IMG/VR virus record: IMGVR_UViG_3300024978_000001 | Origin: a virus | Length of the DNA stretch: 64,000 nt | Reading direction: 5' to 3' (one strand) | Shown here: one piece after another, positions 31,849 to 39,514 of the stretch | Layout of the letters: the number at the start of each line of letters is the position of its first letter | Numbering within the stretch: the first letter of the stretch is position 1 | Made by a program: the position numbers and the translations under genes | Notes under the pieces: generated by a model | Database searches by the model: none | Told to the model about the DNA's origin: nothing | What the model saw: the letters and a program-made list of their open reading frames with translations, nothing else

Positions 31849-33858
31849 ATGCCGCATCATCTTCTGTTCCTCGATAACGAAGCCTATTACGACGACGACT
31901 TCTCACTGCGGAAGATGACGCCGGCTGAATACATCCTGAGCCCTCAATTCGAGGAGCATATGTGGGCCGTTAAAGCCGACAACGGCCCACACGAGATCAT
32001 CGACGGACCTGACTTCCCCAAGTGGCTGTCGCAGTTCGACCCGCGCGAGACCACAACGGTCACCTACAACGCGCTGTATGACAACTCCATCCTTGCGTGG
32101 CGGCACGGGTTCGTGCCGGCCACCATGATCGACGCGATGGCGATGGTGCGAGCGCTGGACGGGCACCTGCTCACCTATTTCAGTCTCGCCGCTGTGTCTG
32201 AGCACCTGGGGCTGGACGCCAAGGGCGACTGCATTCACAAGGTGAAAGGCTTGAGACGTTCTCAGATATTGGCTGACCCCGCGCTTTGGCGCGAGTTCAG
32301 CCAATATGCGTTGCGCGACAACATCAACTGCGAACAGATTTTCCTGCACTATTACCCCAGATTGCCGCGCTCGGAGCGCCGTCTGATGGACATGGTGCTG
32401 CGTTGCTGCGTCGAGCCACGGTTTGTCTGCGACACAGTGATGCTCAATCAGCATATTCAGGACGTGCAGGCTGAGAAAGCCGCGCTGGTTGCCGCCGTGG
32501 GCAACGTGGACAAGAAAGACATCATGTCCACGGTCAAGTTCAAGGCGGCTCTGGAGGCGCTGGGCGTCGACGTCGAGTACAAGGATAGCCCGACCGCCAA
32601 AGACGAGTTCGGACTGCCGAAGAAGATCCCCGCATTCTCCAAGACCGACGAGTTCATGGAGAAACTTTGTAATGACCCCGATCCTGCTGTGGCCGCATTG
32701 GCCACAGCCCGTATCGGGTTGAAGAGTACGCTGGAAGAAACGCGTTCACAACGCCTATGGCAGGTAGGGCAGTTGCCCTGGGATACACTGCCAGACGGCA
32801 CCCCGCGCCTATATTCGGGCGGCACGATGCCAGTCCCTCTCCGCTTTGGAGGTGCCCATACGCACCGACTAAGCGGAGATTGGAAAATGAACATGCAGAA
32901 CATGCCGACAGTGCGCGGCAGCAAAGGTAAGAGCAAGCTCAGGCTGTCGCTCAAAGCCCCGCCCGGCCATACGGTGGTCACCTGCGACCTGGGGCAGATC
33001 GAGGCGCGACTGGTTGCGTGGATATGCGGCGCAATCGGTTTGACCGAGGAGTTCGCGCGCTACGACGCCGGCGATAAGAGCTATGACCCCTATAACCGGC
33101 TCGGCAGCGCGATCTTCGGACGGCCGGTCAACCGCAAGCTAGTCGGCACGCCCGACGAGATTATGGGCTTCATCGGCAAGACCGGCATTCTCGGGCTCGG
33201 CTACGGCTGCGGCAAAGAAAATTTCGACCGGATGATCATCCGCTCGGCACGCTCCATGAAGATGGATATTTCCTCGATCTACAACCGCGCCATCGGCGAC
33301 AAGGGCGTCGACACCTATCGCTCGCGCTACCCGCAAATCCCCGCGGCGTGGCGCAAGCTGAGTTCGTACATCGAGAGCTATTGGTTCACGAAGGCCGGCA
33401 ACAACTACTTCGTCGAGTTCGGCCCGGTGACGATCTCATACGGCAAGGTGCTAGGCCCGAACGGTCTGGCGATGGAGTACGCCGACCCGGATCGCAAATG
33501 GGTACCGGACGCGAACGGCGCCGGCGGGCGCTACGAGTATTCTTACCGCTACGGTAAAATGCGCCACCGCATCTACGGCGCAAAGCTGCTCGAAAACATC
33601 GTGCAGTTCTTAGCTCGCATCATCGTGATGAACGCAGCTCTTCGCATACGAGATCGCGGCAAATACACACAACACCCATACGCGTTCCGCTTTGTGCTGC
33701 AGGCGCATGACGAGCTTGTTTTCATCATCCCCGACGAAATACTGGACGAAGCGAAAACCGTCATTCATTCGGAAATGATCAGACGCCCGTCGTGGGCACC
33801 GGACTTGCCGCTTGTTGCTGAGATCGGCACCGGGGCGTCCTATGGAGAAGCAAAGTGA
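31849..33858 (+). CDS. family A DNA polymerase (T7-like, with N-terminal exonuclease region)
   Basis: DLGQIEARLVAW (motif A), FIGKTGILGLGYGCG (motif B-like) and LQAHDELVF (motif C). Confidence 0.9.
   Translation: MPHHLLFLDNEAYYDDDFSLRKMTPAEYILSPQFEEHMWAVKADNGPHEIIDGPDFPKWLSQFDPRETTTVTYNALYDNSILAWRHGFVPATMIDAMAMVRALDGHLLTYFSLAAVSEHLGLDAKGDCIHKVKGLRRSQILADPALWREFSQYALRDNINCEQIFLHYYPRLPRSERRLMDMVLRCCVEPRFVCDTVMLNQHIQDVQAEKAALVAAVGNVDKKDIMSTVKFKAALEALGVDVEYKDSPTAKDEFGLPKKIPAFSKTDEFMEKLCNDPDPAVAALATARIGLKSTLEETRSQRLWQVGQLPWDTLPDGTPRLYSGGTMPVPLRFGGAHTHRLSGDWKMNMQNMPTVRGSKGKSKLRLSLKAPPGHTVVTCDLGQIEARLVAWICGAIGLTEEFARYDAGDKSYDPYNRLGSAIFGRPVNRKLVGTPDEIMGFIGKTGILGLGYGCGKENFDRMIIRSARSMKMDISSIYNRAIGDKGVDTYRSRYPQIPAAWRKLSSYIESYWFTKAGNNYFVEFGPVTISYGKVLGPNGLAMEYADPDRKWVPDANGAGGRYEYSYRYGKMRHRIYGAKLLENIVQFLARIIVMNAALRIRDRGKYTQHPYAFRFVLQAHDELVFIIPDEILDEAKTVIHSEMIRRPSWAPDLPLVAEIGTGASYGEAK
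33543..33557. repeat. TTACCG-N3-CGGTAA palindrome copy
   Basis: TTACCGCTACGGTAA, inside the DNA polymerase gene (Y-R-Y-G-K). Confidence 0.95.
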
Positions 33859-34199
33859 TTTCTGAAATGGAGTACGCTGAGTTCGTGGACTCGCTGTTCG
33901 CGAAGAACCACATCGGTGTCGAAGGTAGCGTACATGCGGCGCTCGGCATCGGAGGTGAAGCCGGTGAAGTTGTCGACATGATCAAGAAGCACTGGACCTA
34001 CAACAAGCCGCTGGACCGCGCTGGCCTGGTCGAGGAGATCGGGGACCTGATGTTCTACGTGCAGGCGCTTTGCAACCTACATGGGCTGACACTGGGCGAC
34101 GCCATGGAAGCGAACGTGGAAAAACTGACTAGGCGATATCCGAAAGGCTATTCGGACGCTGCTGCTTTGGCTCGTGCAGACAAGAACGGAAGCAAATAA
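33855..34199 (+). CDS. mazG: MazG-like nucleoside triphosphate pyrophosphohydrolase
   Basis: GIGGEAGEVVDMIKK ... VEEIGDLMFYV ... ANVEKLTRRYP (all-alpha NTP-PPase signature). GTGA overlap with the polymerase stop. Confidence 0.8.
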   Translation: MISEMEYAEFVDSLFAKNHIGVEGSVHAALGIGGEAGEVVDMIKKHWTYNKPLDRAGLVEEIGDLMFYVQALCNLHGLTLGDAMEANVEKLTRRYPKGYSDAAALARADKNGSK

Positions 34200-34639
34200 T
34201 GATTGAGACTCTTGGAGTGACGAAGCGTATTTACCTCGCCGGCCCGATGCAGGGCATCCCGCATTTCAATTTCCCTCGTTTCAATGCAGTCGCTGCTGCG
34301 CTCCGCGCTAATGGGCACACGGTGTTCAACCCGGCCGAGAAGGACAATGAGCGGCACGGCAAGGATATCAGCGCGGACAACGCCAGCGGATCGGTTGCTG
34401 ACGCCAAGTCCAACCACGGTTTTTGCCTCCGCACCGCTCTCTCCGCCGACCTCAAGTTCATCTGCGAGGTAGCGAACGTGGTCGTGCTGCTGCCGGGCTG
34501 GGAGAAGAGCCAGGGCGCGCAGGCTGAATGGCGCACCGCGCTCGCGCTTAAGAGCGAGGGCATGGAAGTTATCTACCTCACCGAGGAGTTGACGCAGCTC
34601 ATGGAGCGGGCTGCGCAGATCATCGCGGAGGCTGCGTGA
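34199..34639 (+). CDS. DUF4406 / nucleoside 2-deoxyribosyltransferase-like protein
   Basis: RIYLAGPMQGIPHFNFPRFNAVAAALRANGHTVFNP ... WEKSQGAQAE, a pattern typical of the DUF4406 family. TAATG overlap with the previous gene. Confidence 0.6.
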   Translation: MIETLGVTKRIYLAGPMQGIPHFNFPRFNAVAAALRANGHTVFNPAEKDNERHGKDISADNASGSVADAKSNHGFCLRTALSADLKFICEVANVVVLLPGWEKSQGAQAEWRTALALKSEGMEVIYLTEELTQLMERAAQIIAEAA

Positions 34640-35181
34640 TGCCCGCGATAGTAGCGCCTGCCTACGCTGATCCTGACTTCAAATATAACGATAAGACAGC
34701 GTCTTATGAACGCGTGCATGCGCCCGCGCAAAAAGAAGCCGCGCCGCCGTCGCCGCCCGCCACCAAGCCATCGAACCCCAAGGACGCGCTCGGCATCAAG
34801 AAGGCATCGCTCTCATGCGTGCCGGCTCCTGTGCTGTTCGAGGTTGGCATCGGCATGCAGGAAGGCGCCTGCAAGTACGGCAGGCACAACTATCGGGCGA
34901 TCGGTGTGCGCGGCTCGGTCTATTACGACGCCGCAATGCGCCACCTTATGAGCTGGTGGGAAGGTGAAGACGTCGACCCCGATAGCGGGCTCAACCACAT
35001 CACCAAGGCGATCACGTCGCTTATCGTTCTGCGCGACGCCATGATCCAAAACAAGTTCAACGACGACAGGCCGCCGAAGAGCAACCCTCTATGGCTCACT
35101 TCGCTGAACGCCAAGGCTGAGGCGTTGAACGAGAAGTACCCCGACCCCGTCGGGCCGTACACGAACTTCAACACGCCGTAG
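34636..35181 (+). CDS. DUF5664 / dATP-dGTP diphosphohydrolase-like (MazZ-type) protein
   Basis: LSCVPAPVLFEVGIGMQEGACKYGRHNYR ... YYDAAMRHLMSWWEGEDVDPDSGLNHITKAI matches my recollection of that family's K-Y-G...N-(W/Y)-R...R-H...G-E-D-x-D-x-x-S-G pattern. Confidence 0.55.
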   Translation: MMPAIVAPAYADPDFKYNDKTASYERVHAPAQKEAAPPSPPATKPSNPKDALGIKKASLSCVPAPVLFEVGIGMQEGACKYGRHNYRAIGVRGSVYYDAAMRHLMSWWEGEDVDPDSGLNHITKAITSLIVLRDAMIQNKFNDDRPPKSNPLWLTSLNAKAEALNEKYPDPVGPYTNFNTP

Positions 35182-35191
35182 AGCGGGGGCG

Positions 35192-35206
35192 TTACTGTGG
35201 CGGTAA
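35192..35206. repeat. palindrome copy with one mismatch
   Basis: TTACTGTGGCGGTAA, 14 nt upstream of ATG 35221. Confidence 0.7.
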
Positions 35207-35220
35207 CAAACATAACACAA

Positions 35221-35646
35221 ATGATGCAGGATTTCGACCAGCACGCGTTTGCGCGGCAGTTAGCCCCGACCACCGTCGAGCTTTCGGTGTCGGAAATGAT
35301 CGAACTGGCGAAGGCTGGTGTCGCGATCGAGTTGGCCGGCAAGGTTCAAGTCGATCGCGCTTATAGATCGCCGATTCCCCTTCCAACCGCTCGCGACCGC
35401 GACATCAGCGAGGGCATTCGCGAGCGATATTTACAATCGCAGCGGTCGAAGAAGGTTGATGATTTTATATATGGTTCGTCCCCAATTCAGGTGCCGGACC
35501 TGTGCGCGTTCCAGCACGGCGACAAGGTGTACGTGTTTGCTTATAGCGGCAACTCCCCACCGGAAGTGATCGAAGACGACGCGGCGATCTACCCCAGCGA
35601 CGCATTGCTCGCGCGCATACATTTGATGATGCAGCATGGGAAATAA
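35221..35646 (+). CDS. hypothetical protein (141 aa)
   Basis: First ATG of ORF 35197..35646 (MMQDFDQHAF...). Confidence 0.55.
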   Translation: MMQDFDQHAFARQLAPTTVELSVSEMIELAKAGVAIELAGKVQVDRAYRSPIPLPTARDRDISEGIRERYLQSQRSKKVDDFIYGSSPIQVPDLCAFQHGDKVYVFAYSGNSPPEVIEDDAAIYPSDALLARIHLMMQHGK

Positions 35647-35851
35647 GGAAGAAGATTACGCGCGGCTCGCCCGTGAACAGGCCGCAGGGCAGCAGGCCCT
35701 AGCCCGCCTCGCGTTGGCTCGTGAGTTCGACCCGAACTACGTGCCCGCGTTCGATGAATATGCCGGACCTCGGGTTTCCCCCGAAGAACGCCGGCGGCGC
35801 GACGAGTATCGCAAACGTCAAAACCAGTGGAAGAAACTCTATGAAGGTTGA
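35636..35851 (+). CDS. hypothetical protein (71 aa)
   Basis: ORF track. Confidence 0.5.
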   Translation: MGNKEEDYARLAREQAAGQQALARLALAREFDPNYVPAFDEYAGPRVSPEERRRRDEYRKRQNQWKKLYEG

Positions 35852-36539
35852 AGGTATCGCAGCGCCACCGAAAGAGTGGTCGTGGAGCTACTCCAAGCTC
35901 AAGAACTACAAGACGTGCCCGAAGCGGCACTACGAAGTTGATGTCCTCAAAAACTTCAACGATGGCGACGGCAACGAGCAACTGCTGCTTGGCAACGAAG
36001 CGCACGACGCGCTGGCGAAAGCGTGTGCCGGCAAGCAAGGGCTGCCCGAGAAGTTCACGCACTATCAGGTGTGGGTAGACCGCGTCCGCGCCGGCCCCGG
36101 CAAACTGTTGGTGGAGCAGAAATATGCAATTACTCGTGATTTCAGACCTACGACTTATTTTGCTCGCGATGTGTGGTATCGGGGCATTGGGGATATTGTT
36201 CGGCTTGATGGCCCTGTGGCTCTTGTTCTGGACTGGAAGACGGGGAAAATTTTAGAGGACAGCGTTCAGCTCATGCTGATGGCGCAGTGCCTGTTCTCGC
36301 ACTTCCCCGAGTTGAAGCGCGTGCGCAGCGAGTTCGTCTGGCTCAAGGAAGGGTGCACCAGCCCCGAAGTGTTCACGCGGGAGGAAGTGGCCGAGCAGTG
36401 GCGCGATCTGCTGCCGCAGGTGAACGAGTTGGAAACCGCCAGCAAAACGCTGACGTATCCACCGAAGCCAGGCGGGCTGTGCAAGAAATACTGCCCGGTG
36501 CAGAGCTGTCCGTTTCATGGAAAAGGGGGCAGAGGATGA
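35841..36539 (+). CDS. PD-(D/E)XK nuclease, Cas4/RecB-like, with Cys cluster
   Basis: GIGDIVRLDGPVALVLDWKTGK (D...D-x-K). N-terminal Cys in YKTCPKRH and C-terminal CKKYCPVQSC. ATG at 35841 inside ORF 35721..36539. Confidence 0.7.
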   Translation: MKVEGIAAPPKEWSWSYSKLKNYKTCPKRHYEVDVLKNFNDGDGNEQLLLGNEAHDALAKACAGKQGLPEKFTHYQVWVDRVRAGPGKLLVEQKYAITRDFRPTTYFARDVWYRGIGDIVRLDGPVALVLDWKTGKILEDSVQLMLMAQCLFSHFPELKRVRSEFVWLKEGCTSPEVFTREEVAEQWRDLLPQVNELETASKTLTYPPKPGGLCKKYCPVQSCPFHGKGGRG

Positions 36540-36739
36540 AGTGCAACTGCCCTTTCTGCGCGGAGCATGGGTCGTGGGAGCCCACCCCATCGTGGCATCC
36601 GCGGCGTTGGCTTGGCTACGACATGCGCCGACGGGTCCTACATTATGAGGGCGATTATGATTGGCGGCACTCTTGGGGGTACGGAAAATCCCAGAAGGTA
36701 GCGCGCGACGAGCTTCGCAGGTTGTACGCGGAAGGGTAA
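36536..36739 (+). CDS. small WHPRRW-motif protein (67 aa)
   Basis: ATGA overlap with the previous gene. MKCNCPFCAEHGSWEPTPSWHPRRWLGYDMRRRV... A paralogue of the next gene. Confidence 0.55.
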   Translation: MKCNCPFCAEHGSWEPTPSWHPRRWLGYDMRRRVLHYEGDYDWRHSWGYGKSQKVARDELRRLYAEG

Positions 36740-36743
36740 GGGG

Positions 36744-36992
36744 ATGAAGTTCGATCAAGAGATCGTTTTTGAATGGGACTGCGATCAGCCAGCAGCAGTT
36801 CGCGGCTATGGGGCGTGGGCTCCTATCCCGCGCTGGCACCCACGGCGCTGGTGGTCGAAGTACGAGATGCGGCGTCGGGTGCGGGATTATATTCGTGGCG
36901 GCTGCGACTGGTATCAATACGGCCGCGCCCAAGACATCGCCCGCTATGAACTACACCGGCTCTATGGGGGGCCGCCCCGACGCGGCGAGTGA
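36744..36992 (+). CDS. small WHPRRW-motif protein (82 aa)
   Basis: PRWHPRRWWSKYEMRRRVRDY...ARYELHRLY aligns with PSWHPRRWLGYDMRRRVLHY...ARDELRRLY of 36536..36739. Confidence 0.55.
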   Translation: MKFDQEIVFEWDCDQPAAVRGYGAWAPIPRWHPRRWWSKYEMRRRVRDYIRGGCDWYQYGRAQDIARYELHRLYGGPPRRGE

Positions 36993-37021
36993 GACGGGGA
37001 GCATTTACATAGGAGAGATAT

Positions 37022-37336
37022 GTGACCCTCGAAGAAAAATTGCGCGCACTGGCCGCAAAAGGTGAGTTGGTGCATTTATCTATTGCTTTTATCGGTAACG
37101 AATTTCGCGCTGCATTTTGTTCAGCATCGGCCAAAGGCAGTTACGGTTTCGGCGCTGCGAACGACCCCGTCACTGCCGTCGAGATGGTGCTTAAGGCGAA
37201 CCCAATTCGGCTCAGGTGCACGCCGCCAGGATCTCAGCGCGCGCCCGAACCCGAAAACGAAATTACCGCTGCGGTAAACGACGAAGCAAAACCCGAGCGC
37301 GACGGCGCGCTCAACAGTGAGTGGACCACACCATGA
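37022..37336 (+). CDS. hypothetical protein (104 aa, GTG start)
   Basis: ORF track. Contains a palindrome copy (I-T-A-A-V). Confidence 0.5.
   Translation: MTLEEKLRALAAKGELVHLSIAFIGNEFRAAFCSASAKGSYGFGAANDPVTAVEMVLKANPIRLRCTPPGSQRAPEPENEITAAVNDEAKPERDGALNSEWTTP
37263..37277. repeat. TTACCG-N3-CGGTAA palindrome copy
   Basis: TTACCGCTGCGGTAA, inside CDS 37022..37336. Confidence 0.95.
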
Positions 37337-37692
37337 GCACGCCACTACCCCATTTTGAAATATCACGAGAACTATTCGGCGCGCTCGATTTTAAGGAAGT
37401 CATGGCTACAATCGAGGCGCTCCAAGAATGCGGCCAGCTCCACCTGCCGTACCCGCTGCAAACTGTCCGATTCAATATGGAGGACTATGCGGTGGCCCCT
37501 GGGTGGGGGCAAGACACCGATCGCAAAGCAGCGTGGTGGAAGCGGAACGGCGCCAGCGACGGCGAGGTCACGGAGTTGATCGGGGACAAAAGCGAGCGGA
37601 TGGGCCGGCACTATACCCGGCACGTCGAAAGCGAGGTCTCCATTGCCAGGGCGTTTGAGAGGGTCAATGGGAAACGAGCGACGAAGATTTAA
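37321..37692 (+). CDS. hypothetical protein whose C-terminal 55-60 aa resemble the C-terminus of a tyrosine recombinase
   Basis: DRKAAWWKRNGASDGEVTELIGDKSERMGRHYTRHVESEVSIARAF resembles the L-R-K-x...A-G-A-T-x-x-E-I-x-x-I-x-G-H-K-S-x-x-x-x-x-x-Y-T tail of integrases. The rest of the catalytic domain is absent. Confidence 0.4.
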   Translation: MDHTMSTPLPHFEISRELFGALDFKEVMATIEALQECGQLHLPYPLQTVRFNMEDYAVAPGWGQDTDRKAAWWKRNGASDGEVTELIGDKSERMGRHYTRHVESEVSIARAFERVNGKRATKI

Positions 37693-37909
37693 GAGGATGG
37701 TCGAGGGGCGCGGCGGCTGGTGCGAGTGGGTGCATCCGAAGCCTGACGGATACCTGATGAAATGCTGCGACTGCGGTCTCGTTCACGAACTGCAATTTAA
37801 GACGTTCGTGGAGACGAAGCAGAAGCGCGGGGGTTTTCAGGCTGTGGAATTGCCGTGGCCTATCAGGGCAATGTTCCGCGCGAGGCGGCAGCGAAGGACG
37901 AAAGCGTGA
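37667..37909 (+). CDS. small CC-x-CGLVH-motif protein (80 aa)
   Basis: ATG at 37667. WCEWVHPKPDGYLMKCCDCGLVHELQF is paralogous to 46487..46723. Confidence 0.55.
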   Translation: MGNERRRFKRMVEGRGGWCEWVHPKPDGYLMKCCDCGLVHELQFKTFVETKQKRGGFQAVELPWPIRAMFRARRQRRTKA

Positions 37910-37977
37910 ACGGAAACCGCACAGATTTGTCTAACACAACGGTTCAAGTGTCTAACGTTTGCAAGTCGAGGGGAGAA

Positions 37978-38664
37978 ATGGTAGCGAAATCAACAAGGGG
38001 CCACGTGGCGGAGTGGTTACGCAACGGTCTGCAAAACCCTAGCGATAAAACCTACACCGTTGAAAATACAGATAAATTTGCGCTACTAGCGGCCTCCGGG
38101 TTGTCTAACGACCCGCCCGAAAAACCCCTAAACCCACCTCGTTTGTCTAACGTCTTTGGCGTCAAGCAATACCGCCGTCGGGGGCGCGGCTACGCATATA
38201 TCCGCGGCACTAGCATCGCGCTCGTTCGCGGCTTTGTCGGGGACGATGATGCGTTTACTGCCGCGGTAAAGCGCGCGGCAATGGAGCATGAGTATAGAAC
38301 AAAGGCGTCTCTCGACGGCTGGCGCGAGGACGCTGCAGTTGCGCTTCACAAAGGTACATCGCGGCGCGCTGCTTCCCGTGGTCGTTCTTACACACTGTCC
38401 GTTGAGTGGATAAAATCACTCTTCATAGCGGCAGGGGACCGATGCCAGATCACCGGAATGTTGTTCGATTACACCCCGGCGAAAAACGAGCTGTGGCGTC
38501 GTCGCCCCTACGCCCCCTCATTAGACCGCAAAGACAACACCGTTGGCTATGACCCAACCAACGTTCGTGCGGTCTGCGTTTGCGTAAACATCGCCATCAA
38601 CGAGTGGGGGTTAGATAATTTCGCCAAGATGTGCCGCGCCTTTGTTGAAAGGAACGCGACATGA
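37978..38664 (+). CDS. chimeric-looking protein: integrase-arm-like middle segment and HNH/His-Me-like C-terminal domain (start uncertain; ORF open from 37855)
   Basis: GAGGGGAG precedes ATG 37978. VKQYRRRGRGYAYIRGTSIALVRGFVGDDDAFTAAVKRA resembles integrase N-terminal arm regions. PSLDRKDNTVGYDPTNVRAVCVCVNIAINEWG resembles HNH-type endonuclease cores. Codons are visibly more A/T-ending than in neighbouring genes. Confidence 0.45.
   Translation: MVAKSTRGHVAEWLRNGLQNPSDKTYTVENTDKFALLAASGLSNDPPEKPLNPPRLSNVFGVKQYRRRGRGYAYIRGTSIALVRGFVGDDDAFTAAVKRAAMEHEYRTKASLDGWREDAAVALHKGTSRRAASRGRSYTLSVEWIKSLFIAAGDRCQITGMLFDYTPAKNELWRRRPYAPSLDRKDNTVGYDPTNVRAVCVCVNIAINEWGLDNFAKMCRAFVERNAT
38255..38269. repeat. 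palindrome copy with one mismatch
   Basis: TTACTGCCGCGGTAA, inside 37978..38664 (F-T-A-A-V). Confidence 0.7.
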
Positions 38665-38748
38665 TCCCCCACTACCCACGCAAGTTGGCCCGAGAGGTAA
38701 AGCGACACGCAAGAAAAGCGCAACTAAGTTCGCTGCTCTCTGCGCCCT

Positions 38749-39126
38749 ATGGCGACCCCCGAAGGCAAAATCAAAGCAAAGGTCAAATCGCGCTTACAAC
38801 GCGAGTTCGGCGACGCGCACTGGCGGTTCATGCCGGTGCAGCATGGCTTTGGCTCGGTAGCGCTCGACTTTCTCATTTGTATTTCAGGACGGTTCGTAGC
38901 GATCGAGACCAAGGCCGATCCGTCAAAGAAACTTTCGCCATTACAGCAGACGACGGCAGCGGCTATCAGCTCAGCGGGCGGTTGGGTGTTCGTTGTTTCC
39001 GATGACGCAAGCCTCGACGAGGCGATTGCAAAAATAAAACTAGCGTTGGAGTTTGATAATGACTGGCACCAGCGTGCCCAAAGTTACCGCGGCGGTAACG
39101 CGCCGCCCGACCAAGACGAGGCGTAA
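38749..39126 (+). CDS. VRR-NUC domain nuclease
   Basis: GFGSVALDFLICISGRFVAIETKADPSKKLSPLQQ (D...E-x-K core followed by S-x-x-Q). Confidence 0.7.
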   Translation: MATPEGKIKAKVKSRLQREFGDAHWRFMPVQHGFGSVALDFLICISGRFVAIETKADPSKKLSPLQQTTAAAISSAGGWVFVVSDDASLDEAIAKIKLALEFDNDWHQRAQSYRGGNAPPDQDEA

Positions 39127-39265
39127 CAACACCTGCGCGCCGTCTTCAAAGACCAAGCGCCTGTCGCGCCAGCTCGCCGGCATCATGGCGCACCTGCAAC
39201 AGCACCCCAACGACCAGCTCTCTCAGGCGCGCGTGGCGAAGATCACCGCGATGTTGAAGGAGTGA
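39059..39265 (+). CDS. possible small basic protein (68 aa)
   Basis: ATG at 39059 in ORF 39053..39265. Overlaps the VRR-NUC 3' end by 68 nt, so uncertain. Confidence 0.35.
   Translation: MTGTSVPKVTAAVTRRPTKTRRNNTCAPSSKTKRLSRQLAGIMAHLQQHPNDQLSQARVAKITAMLKE
39084..39098. repeat. TTACCG-N3-CGGTAA palindrome copy
   Basis: TTACCGCGGCGGTAA. Reads Y-R-G-G-N in the VRR-NUC frame and V-T-A-A-V in the overlapping ORF frame. Confidence 0.95.
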
Positions 39266-39268
39266 TGG

Positions 39269-39514
39269 ATGATCGTCGAAGACTATAACTGGTGGGCCGA
39301 CGAGCCGCGCGAGAAGTGGACGCACTGCAGACGCGGCCACCCCTACAACGAGAGAAACACCCAATACAAAAACTCTAAGAAGGCTGACGGCGTCGTCTAT
39401 CGAGTTCGCGCCTGCCGCCGCTGCAAAGCCCTTGCTGATGCGCGTTATCGAGCGCGCCAGCGCCGAGGTCATGTGCAGAGCAGCGTTCAGAACACACTGG
39501 AGGCGCGGGTCTGA
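39269..39514 (+). CDS. small zinc-binding His-Me-finger-like protein (81 aa)
   Basis: CRRGHPYNERNTQYKNSKKADGVVYRVRACRRC, a C-x-x-G-H...N...R-x-C-x-x-C pattern seen in homing-endonuclease-associated zinc loops. Confidence 0.5.
   Translation: MIVEDYNWWADEPREKWTHCRRGHPYNERNTQYKNSKKADGVVYRVRACRRCKALADARYRARQRRGHVQSSVQNTLEARV

Noticed and set aside
33855-35181. Z-genome (2-aminoadenine) or other hypermodified-base pathway
   Set aside because: A MazZ-like family member and MazG are present. I found no PurZ/adenylosuccinate-synthetase-like gene, no DatZ-like HD phosphohydrolase, and no thymidylate synthase, hydroxymethylase or transferase genes anywhere in the window.
37999-38094. A functional tRNA-Cys gene
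   Set aside because: Only the acceptor 5' strand, D-arm and anticodon arm are tRNA-like. There is no GTTCGA-type T-arm, the anticodon stem has a mismatch, the acceptor 3' strand matches only 5 of 7, and the segment lies inside an open reading frame. It is kept only as a possible remnant in the findings.
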